NCBI GenBank assembly: GCA_963771355.1
Contig: CAVYTA010000006.1
Span: forward strand, 1,824,001 to 1,888,000
DNA: 64,000 nt
Source: an uncultured Candidatus Rokubacteria bacterium
GTDB lineage: Bacteria; Methylomirabilota; Methylomirabilia; Rokubacteriales; CSP1-6
Direction of reading: 5' to 3'
Part shown: piece after piece, positions 57,414 through 64,000 of the stretch
Position numbering within the stretch: position 1 is the stretch's first letter
Layout of the letters: every line of letters begins with the position of its first letter
The notes under the pieces: model-generated
Database searches by the model: none
What the model saw: the letters and a program-made list of their open reading frames with translations, nothing else
Told to the model about the DNA's origin: nothing
Program-made: the position numbers and the translations under genes

Positions 57414-58529
57414 ATGGCGCAGACCGCGACCGCCGCCGTCTTCTTCGGACCGGGCAAGCCCTTCGAGGTGCGCGCGGTTCCCATCCCCGAGGTGGAGCCC
57501 GAGGGCGTTCTGATCCGCGTGACCCGCGCGAGCATCTGCGGGAGCGATCTGCACTTCTGGCGCGGCGACGCCCCCCTGAAGTACCCGGAGGACGGCTGGA
57601 TCTTCGGCCATGAGATGACGGGGACGGTGGCGCGCCTCGGGGCCAAGGTGAAGACGGACTCGCTGGGCCGCGCGCTCAAGGAAGGCGACCGCGTCGCCTA
57701 CACCTACTTCTACCCGTGTGGGCGATGCCATGCCTGCCTGCACAAGGAGCCCGCGGCCTGCCCCAACAAGATCGAGCGGCCGCTCGGCCCCAGCGCGTTC
57801 CCGCATCTGCACGGCGCCTTCGCCGACCACTACTATCTCCGCCCCGGCGGCGCCATTTTCAAGGTGCCGGACACGCTGTCCGACGACGTGGTCGCCCCCG
57901 TCAACTGTGCGCTGTCCCAGGTGCTCTACGGGCTCTGGGTGGCCGGGGTGCGGATGGGTGATCGGGTGATCATCCAGGGCGCGGGCGGGCTCGGCGTCCA
58001 GGCGGCCGCGGTGGCCAAGGACATGGGCGCCTCCTGCGTCATCGTGGTGGACCAGATTCCCGGCCGTCTGGAGCTGGCACGCGCCTTCGGCGCCGACCAC
58101 ACGCTGAACATCAAGGAGATGCCGGAGCGGCGCGACCGCGTGAAGCAGGTGCGGCAGTGGACGGAGGGGGTCGGCGCCGACGTGGCCTGCGACTTCGTGG
58201 GGTTTCCCGCCGTCATCCCGGAGGGCATCGAGATGCTCCGGTCGGGCGGCACCTATCTGGAGATCGGCACCATCAGCCGCGGGGCCAAGATCGACCTCGA
58301 GCCGTCCCTCCTGGTGTGGGGGTCGAAGAAGATCCTGGGCGTGATCCAGTACGATCCGTGGGTGATTCCGCGCGCGCTCGACTTCCTGGTGCGCACCCGC
58401 GAGCGCTTCCCGTGGAGCCGGATCATCTCCCACAAGTTCCCGCTCGCCCAGATCAACGAGGCGTTCGCCGCCTCGGAGTGGCACAACAAGGACACCCTCA
58501 ACATCACGCGCGCCGCGCTGGTTCCCTAG
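57414..58529 (+). CDS. Zinc-dependent alcohol dehydrogenase (MDR)
   Basis: ICGSD, GHE, CGRCHAC...C and GAGGLG motifs. Confidence 0.93.
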   Translation: MAQTATAAVFFGPGKPFEVRAVPIPEVEPEGVLIRVTRASICGSDLHFWRGDAPLKYPEDGWIFGHEMTGTVARLGAKVKTDSLGRALKEGDRVAYTYFYPCGRCHACLHKEPAACPNKIERPLGPSAFPHLHGAFADHYYLRPGGAIFKVPDTLSDDVVAPVNCALSQVLYGLWVAGVRMGDRVIIQGAGGLGVQAAAVAKDMGASCVIVVDQIPGRLELARAFGADHTLNIKEMPERRDRVKQVRQWTEGVGADVACDFVGFPAVIPEGIEMLRSGGTYLEIGTISRGAKIDLEPSLLVWGSKKILGVIQYDPWVIPRALDFLVRTRERFPWSRIISHKFPLAQINEAFAASEWHNKDTLNITRAALVP

Positions 58530-58554
58530 CACCGGAAGGAGAGGCGAGCATCCC

Positions 58555-58959
58555 ATGGAAGCCGAGTCGCCGGCTGTCCCGCCGCAGGCCACCATCCTGG
58601 TCGTCGACGACGACGATCCGGTGCGCGCGTTCGTCAGCGACGCGCTCGCCAGCGAAGGCTACACCGTCGTCGACACCGCCGATCCGCTCGAGGCCCGGCG
58701 CATCGTCACCTCCCGCACCGTTGACCTCCTGCTCACCGACGTCGTCATGCCGAGGATGAACGGGATCGAGCTGGCGGAGCGCGTCGAGGTAACCAGCTCC
58801 GCGACCAAGGTGCTGCTGATGTCGGGCTACATGACCGCCCTCATGAAGGCCTCCGGCCGGCCCATCCTCACGAAGCCCTTCACCATCGACGGCCTGCTGC
58901 GCGCCGTCCGCGAGGCCCTGGGCGGGCCAGCCGCGTTCCGGCGGTCCCCTCCGCGCTAG
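58555..58959 (+). CDS. Single-domain response regulator receiver
   Basis: AAGGAG RBS; ILVVDDD, TDVVMP, MSG and KPF motifs. Confidence 0.92.
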   Translation: MEAESPAVPPQATILVVDDDDPVRAFVSDALASEGYTVVDTADPLEARRIVTSRTVDLLLTDVVMPRMNGIELAERVEVTSSATKVLLMSGYMTALMKASGRPILTKPFTIDGLLRAVREALGGPAAFRRSPPR

Positions 58960-58986
58960 GCCGCCCACCCGAAGGGGCCGGGGCGG
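58960..58986. terminator. GC hairpin between convergent genes, possible bidirectional terminator
   Basis: ccgccc-a-ccc[gaag]ggg-ccg-gggcgg; no U-tract. Confidence 0.35.
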
Positions 58987-61506
58987 TCAGCGGATGGCCG
59001 CGGCCTTGACCTGCCGGTAGTCGGTGATGCCCTGCAGGGCCTTGAGGATCCCGTCCTGCACCATCGTGGTCATGCCCTCGCGCTTGGCGCGGGCGAGGAG
59101 CTGGGGCACGCGCGCCCCCTTCTGCATGCGGCGCTTGATGGCGTCAGTGCCGATCAAGAGCTCGTGGATGGCGATCCGCTCCCGGTATCCCTTGCCCTCG
59201 CACTGCTCGCAGCCCACGCTCTCGTAGAGCTCGACGTCGTCCGTGTAACGGTACCCCTGCCGCTCGAGCTCCTCGACGCCGAAGGCCTCCGCCAGCTCGT
59301 TCCAGTCGCGGCGCGTGGGGTGGTAGGGCCGCCGGCAATCGGGGCACAGGCGCTTCACGAGGCGCTGCGCGAGCACGCCGAGGAGCGCGTCGGAGAAATT
59401 GTACGCGTTGAGGCCCAGGTCCAGCAGTCGGACGACGGTCTCCACCGCGCTGTTGGTGTGGAGCGTGCTCAGCACCAGGTGCCCGGTGAGGGAGGCCTCC
59501 ACCGCGAGGCCCGCCGTCTCCGGATCGCGCATCTCCCCGACCATGATGACATCGGGATCGGCCCGCAGCAGGGCGCGCATCGCGGCGGCGAAGGTGTAGC
59601 CGATCTTGGGGCGCACCTGCACTTGCCGGAGCCCGTCCTGCGTGATCTCGACGGGGTCCTCGGCGGTCCAGATCTTCCGCGTCCCCGTGTTGAGGTGCCC
59701 CAGCACGGCGTGGAGCGAGGTCGTCTTGCCGGCGCCGGTGGGGCCCACGCTGAGGATGAGGCCGTAGGGCTTCTCCGCGATGGCCTTGAGCTCGCGGAGG
59801 TTGCGGTCGCTGAGGCCCAGGTGCTCGAGGGTCAAGAGGCCCGACGAGCCCAGGAGACGGAGCACCACGTCCTCGTTGCCGCCCACGGTCGGCACGGTGG
59901 CCACGCGGAGCTCGATGTCGCTCCGGCCCGGCGTGCGCACCCGGATCTTCCCGTCCTGGGGCTTGCGACGCTCGGCGATGTCGAGCCCCGCCATGATCTT
60001 GAGGCGCGCCACCAGAGGATTCCGGAGCGTGGGCGGGATGCGCTGGTAGTCCACGCAGGTGCCGTCCACGCGGAAGCGGATCGCCGTGTCCCGCGTATTC
60101 CCGCGGGGCTCGAGGTGGATGTCGGACGCGCGGGCCCGGTGGGCGTCGAGGATGATCTGGTTGGCCAGCCGGACGACCATGCTGTCGTTCTCGCTGATCT
60201 CCGCGTTGCCGGCCTCGGGAGCGTCCTCCGTGACCGGCTCCGCCGCCACCTCGCCGAGAATCTCGACCACCGTCCCCGGCCGCCCCTCGGTCCCCGTCAT
60301 CTCGTCCAGCGCGCCCAGGATGCGCTCGCGGACGGCCACCACCAGGGTGACCTTGCGCGGCCGGAGCACCGCCTCGATGGCGTCGACCTTGAGGAGATCG
60401 TGCGGATCGTCCACCGCGACGGTGACCACGTCGCCCACGCGTTTGATCGGCAGCCAGGCACCCGCTCGTAGCCTCGGCCGCTGCAGGCCCGACAGGAGCT
60501 CGGGCGACAGGACCGTCCGCTCGTCGAGGGAGACGTAGGGGCAGCGATAGTAGAGGGTGAGCGCGGCGGCGAGGTCGGCCTCGCGGATACCGTGAACCTC
60601 GAGCAGGATCGACTCGACGCTGACCTGACGCTGCCGGGCCTCGGTGGTGGCGTGGGCGAGCTGCGCCCGGGTGGCGAGGCGCTGGGCGATGAGGTAGTCG
60701 AACTTCGACATCCGGCCGTTGCGGCCTGGCGGCCGGGAGGGCGCCTCGGGCGCCGGCGGAGCCGGCTCCGGGACCTCGGGACGGGGAGTGGGAAGTGGCC
60801 GGCTGGTGGCGCGGGAGGCGGGAACCCGCAGGTTCGCGCGCTGATAGTCCGCGACGGTTTCCATCCGGCACAGCGTCGCGTCGCGAAACTGGATCCGCTG
60901 GCCTGCCTGCTCCCAGACCGCGGGGCCCCCATTGCCCGGCACGTCCAGCCACGCGGCGTCCTCGCGCCGGACGAGCGCCAGGCCGGCGGGCACACCGCCG
61001 ATCGCGGCCCATAGCGACGTCCCCGGACGCGCGCGCGCGGCGGCGAGGAAGCGATCGACCACCGGACTCCGCAGCACGTCGCACCGGATCACCAGGACGT
61101 CGCCGTTGAGCTCGGTGCCGAGGCGTGCCAGGATCGCGCCCTCCGGCTCGTCGGCGGGAACCCGCAGGAAGTCGAGCGCGATCCCCCACCGCTCGCCCGT
61201 CCCCAGCAGACGCTCGACCTGTTCGGCATGAGAGCCGAGCACGACCAGCGCGGAGCGGATGCCGGCGGCGCGGAGCGATTCCAGGGCGAGCTCGGCAAGC
61301 GTCACTCCGGCGACGGAGAGGAGCGCGGCGCAGGTGTCCTGAGTGAGCGCGCGCAGCCCCTCGGGGGCGGTATGAGCGAGGAGCACGGCGTGGAGGCCGT
61401 CGGGTCCCGGATCCGAGCCGGCCAAGGGAAGCTGGGGACGCGCATCCGCGACGGCGGCCGATTTGCTTCTAGACTTGTCTACTTCCGAGGGGGCGGTGGT
61501 GTGCAT
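58987..61506 (-). CDS. PilB/GspE secretion ATPase fused to an N-terminal degenerate sugar-nucleotidyltransferase domain
   Basis: C-terminal: ASDIH, GPTGAGKT, EDPVE, LRADPDVIMVGEMRD, TGHLVLSTLHTN, CPDC..CEQC. N-terminal: AVLLA...LRALT...LLSVAG...GERWGI. Start at 61506 or 61554. Confidence 0.88.
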   Translation of the reverse strand: MHTTAPSEVDKSRSKSAAVADARPQLPLAGSDPGPDGLHAVLLAHTAPEGLRALTQDTCAALLSVAGVTLAELALESLRAAGIRSALVVLGSHAEQVERLLGTGERWGIALDFLRVPADEPEGAILARLGTELNGDVLVIRCDVLRSPVVDRFLAAARARPGTSLWAAIGGVPAGLALVRREDAAWLDVPGNGGPAVWEQAGQRIQFRDATLCRMETVADYQRANLRVPASRATSRPLPTPRPEVPEPAPPAPEAPSRPPGRNGRMSKFDYLIAQRLATRAQLAHATTEARQRQVSVESILLEVHGIREADLAAALTLYYRCPYVSLDERTVLSPELLSGLQRPRLRAGAWLPIKRVGDVVTVAVDDPHDLLKVDAIEAVLRPRKVTLVVAVRERILGALDEMTGTEGRPGTVVEILGEVAAEPVTEDAPEAGNAEISENDSMVVRLANQIILDAHRARASDIHLEPRGNTRDTAIRFRVDGTCVDYQRIPPTLRNPLVARLKIMAGLDIAERRKPQDGKIRVRTPGRSDIELRVATVPTVGGNEDVVLRLLGSSGLLTLEHLGLSDRNLRELKAIAEKPYGLILSVGPTGAGKTTSLHAVLGHLNTGTRKIWTAEDPVEITQDGLRQVQVRPKIGYTFAAAMRALLRADPDVIMVGEMRDPETAGLAVEASLTGHLVLSTLHTNSAVETVVRLLDLGLNAYNFSDALLGVLAQRLVKRLCPDCRRPYHPTRRDWNELAEAFGVEELERQGYRYTDDVELYESVGCEQCEGKGYRERIAIHELLIGTDAIKRRMQKGARVPQLLARAKREGMTTMVQDGILKALQGITDYRQVKAAAIR

Positions 61507-61774
61507 GCCGGTCAATGGGAGCAAGCGGAATGCCAGGGGCCTTCCGGGGGACATCGCCGCCTAAGTATTCGGAAAAGCGTATCTGATCGAAGGGTGCGAG
61601 GGCTCTTGAAGAGTCGCGGCAGGCTACAAACTTTGGTAGAGAGCATCCGCATCTCGGGAGCCTGACGCCCGCGTCACACGTCGACCCCGAAAAGATCTGC
61701 ATGGTGTGGACACCGCGCCGCCCCATTGGCTTCCCCGTTCACCACCGGGTATTCTCCGGGGCGAGGAGGACAAC

Positions 61775-62707
61775 ATGAACGTCGGGTTCATCGGGCTGGG
61801 GCTCATGGGTGGGAGCATGGCGTCGAACCTCCAGGCCGCGGGGCACACGCTCGCGGTCAACGATCTCCGGAAGGAGTCCGCGGCACCGCACCTCGCCAAG
61901 GGTGCCGCATGGAAGGACACGCCGCGGGCGGTGGCCGAGGTGAGCGACGTGGTCTTCACCTCGCTCCCCGGCCCACCCGAGGTGACCGCGGTCGCGACCG
62001 GCGCCAACGGCCTGCTCGACGGGATGCAGCGCGGGAGCGCCCTCTTCGACCTCTCCACCAATTCCCCCGCCGCGATCCGCCGGCTGCACGCGACATTCGC
62101 CACGAAGGGCATTCACGTTCTGGACGCCCCGGTGAGCGGCGGCCCCTCCGGAGCCAAGTCGCGCAAGCTGGCGATCTGGGTGGGCGGCGACCGCGCGCTC
62201 TTCGACCAGCATCGTCCGCTGCTCGAGGCGATGGGTGATCAGCCGTACTACGTCGGCCCCATCGGCGCCGGAGCGGTGGCCAAGCTCGTCCACAACTGCG
62301 CGAGCTTCACCATCCGCGCCGTCCTGGCCGAGGTGTTCTGCATGGGCGTCAAGGCCGGCGTGGAGCCCGAGCTCCTCTGGCAGGCCGTCCGCCAGGGGGC
62401 CACCGGGCGCGCGCGCACCTTCGACCGGCTCATGGACAAGTTCCTGCCCGGCACCTACGAGCCGCCCTCCTTCGCGCTCAAGCTGGGCCACAAGGACGTC
62501 TCGCTGGCCACCGAGCTGGGCCGCGAGGTGGGGGTGCCCATGCGGCTGGCCAACCTCGCCCTGGCGGAGATGACCGAGGCGCTCAATCGCGGCTGGGGTG
62601 AGCGCGACTCCAGCAGCTTCATGCAGCTGGAAGAGGAGCGGGCGGGCGTGAAGATCGCGGTGCCGCCGGCGCGGCTGCGCGAGATGATCGAGCGCGACGG
62701 CGCGTGA
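61775..62707 (+). CDS. 3-hydroxyisobutyrate dehydrogenase family NAD(P)-dependent oxidoreductase
   Basis: GAGGAGG RBS; GFIGLGLMG, DAPVSGG and AKLVHN motifs. Confidence 0.93.
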   Translation: MNVGFIGLGLMGGSMASNLQAAGHTLAVNDLRKESAAPHLAKGAAWKDTPRAVAEVSDVVFTSLPGPPEVTAVATGANGLLDGMQRGSALFDLSTNSPAAIRRLHATFATKGIHVLDAPVSGGPSGAKSRKLAIWVGGDRALFDQHRPLLEAMGDQPYYVGPIGAGAVAKLVHNCASFTIRAVLAEVFCMGVKAGVEPELLWQAVRQGATGRARTFDRLMDKFLPGTYEPPSFALKLGHKDVSLATELGREVGVPMRLANLALAEMTEALNRGWGERDSSSFMQLEEERAGVKIAVPPARLREMIERDGA

Positions 62708-62729
62708 GGGAGACGGTGGGAGCGCCTGC

Positions 62730-63261
62730 CTAGCCGCCGCGGATCTGCGTGCAGCCGAGCGAATACGCCTCCCGCGGCTCGGTGCGGGTCGGATATCGGC
62801 GGTAGAGATCCGTGAGCTGCTCGCACGGGCCCGAGCGGCCGGGCATCACCGGTAGCGCGGAGAGGGCGCGCAGATGCGCGGCGACCAGTCGGAACGCCAC
62901 GCCCTCCTCGACCCCCCAGGCGCGCACCATGACCTCCACCGACTTCGCGTTGGCGTCCAGCTCCTGCTGGGGCGGCCGCGGGTCGGCCGCATCGGAGTGC
63001 CCGAGGATATGGTGCGCGAGCTCATGCGCGAGAGCGGCCGAGCCGGAGTCGTTCGTCAGGAGCGCCCGGCCCAGCACGATCCGGCCCCGCTCATAACGAC
63101 TCGCCCCGCCCGGCTCCAACTCGACCCGCACCGGCGCCATCTCATAGGCGTGCACCGCCGCGTCGGCCAGTCGCTGGGCGCCCCGGAGGTTCACCTCGTC
63201 GACCGGGCGTGAGCCCGGCACAGCCCGCCAGGAGTCCGGCGAGCAGCACGACACGCTTCAT
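62730..63261 (-). pseudogene. Small HExxH metallopeptidase-like lipoprotein with a 1-nt frameshift after the signal peptide
   Basis: MKRVVLLAGLLAGC (lipobox) AGLTP, then one extra base near 63205 before VDEVNL...LAHELAHHILGH...QELDAN. Confidence 0.7.
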
Positions 63262-63630
63262 CGCCAGACAGGCTCGCCGGATCGCCATCGGCCCTATCCT
63301 CCGGGAGCGGACACGCGAGCGCAACCGACGGCGTGTACCCGAACCGACACGTCCTCGGCCCGCTCAGGAACCGCAGAAAGATGGGACTCCCGACACGGCA
63401 GAGGGCGGCACGACACAGCACCGGACGCCGAACGGGGCTGACTACGGTGTATCCACCCCGGCGACACTTCTCTACCGCTCGCGCTAGAGTCGGCCCGCCA
63501 TGCCCGGCTATGGATCGGACTCCCGTTTGAGGGCTCGGTGCGGGCGGTTGCCGTCACAAGAAGATCACGTTGGCCAGGACGAGCGGGCATCAGAGTTGAA
63601 GAATCCACGGGCAGCGGCTACTATCGGCCC

Positions 63631-63933
63631 ATGAAGCTCTGGCTAGTGGCCCTGCTATTCGTTGACCTGGCGCTCCCGATGGCTCCCGGCGCGTTCCAGC
63701 CCCTCGAAGGGCCATCCGTTGAGGTCGCCCGGCGTCTGACAGTTCAAGCCGCTGCCGCCGTCGTCCCGCCGCCGTCGCTTCAACCGCGGTGCCCCATCGC
63801 GCCGCATACTGCTCCGCGAATCTCGATGGGCCGTGCCTCGCGGCGAGAAGTTGCCCGCACCTTCACCGCCCAGAAGAACCCGCAGGAATCAGAAGCGCCG
63901 ATTTCAGAAGCTGACCCGCCGCTCCCCTCCTAG
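63631..63933 (+). CDS. Hypothetical protein with hydrophobic N-terminus
   Basis: MKLWLVALLFVDLALPMAPGAF...; weak codon bias and no recognisable family. Confidence 0.4.
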   Translation: MKLWLVALLFVDLALPMAPGAFQPLEGPSVEVARRLTVQAAAAVVPPPSLQPRCPIAPHTAPRISMGRASRREVARTFTAQKNPQESEAPISEADPPLPS

Positions 63934-64000
63934 CTCCTAGCTGATCCTGTCTGCTCCGCTAGTCCAACGGCCGAAGTTCGCCGTCTGGCAAGTCAAACGG

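Noticed and set aside
61555..61770. c-di-GMP riboswitch upstream of the PilB-like gene
   Set aside because: No recognisable GEMM consensus on the minus strand by eye; an Infernal search would be decisive.

Overview
A 64 kb, very GC-rich (roughly 70% by eye), gene-dense stretch of a diderm bacterial chromosome (BamD, MlaC, lipoproteins, Tat substrate). The gene style (split gcvPA/PB, many ABC and TAXI-TRAP transporters, selenoproteins) resembles Candidatus Rokubacteria/Methylomirabilota; this is an inference, not a determination. About 64 CDS can be supported, mostly housekeeping or metabolic: a Gld-like ABC system with DUF4340, a diguanylate cyclase, fhs, pepA, a glycine-cleavage operon, a pxpBC/DUF1445 catabolic cluster, mgsA, sugar ABC, TAXI-TRAP plus a LarA-like protein, bamD-ltaE-oppDF-like, alaC-hom, an ECF sigma/anti-sigma/DUF3106 module and lysC. 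I found no rRNA, tRNA, CRISPR array, transposase or phage gene. Most notable: (1) two translationally coupled, signal-peptide-bearing redoxins whose catalytic Cys position is an in-frame TGA (TxxU peroxiredoxin, UxxC TlpA-like), one followed by a well-formed SECIS-like hairpin; the ORF track truncates or splits both. (2) A short single-domain AAA+ ATPase ending in GQYL, the proteasome-docking tail of Mpa/ARC and Bpa, but lacking Mpa's N-terminal domains. (3) An orphan PilB/GspE ATPase fused to a degenerate sugar-nucleotidyltransferase domain. (4) Two families of small palindromic intergenic elements, several apparently leaderless sigma70 promoters, and four single-base frameshifts that may be sequencing errors.
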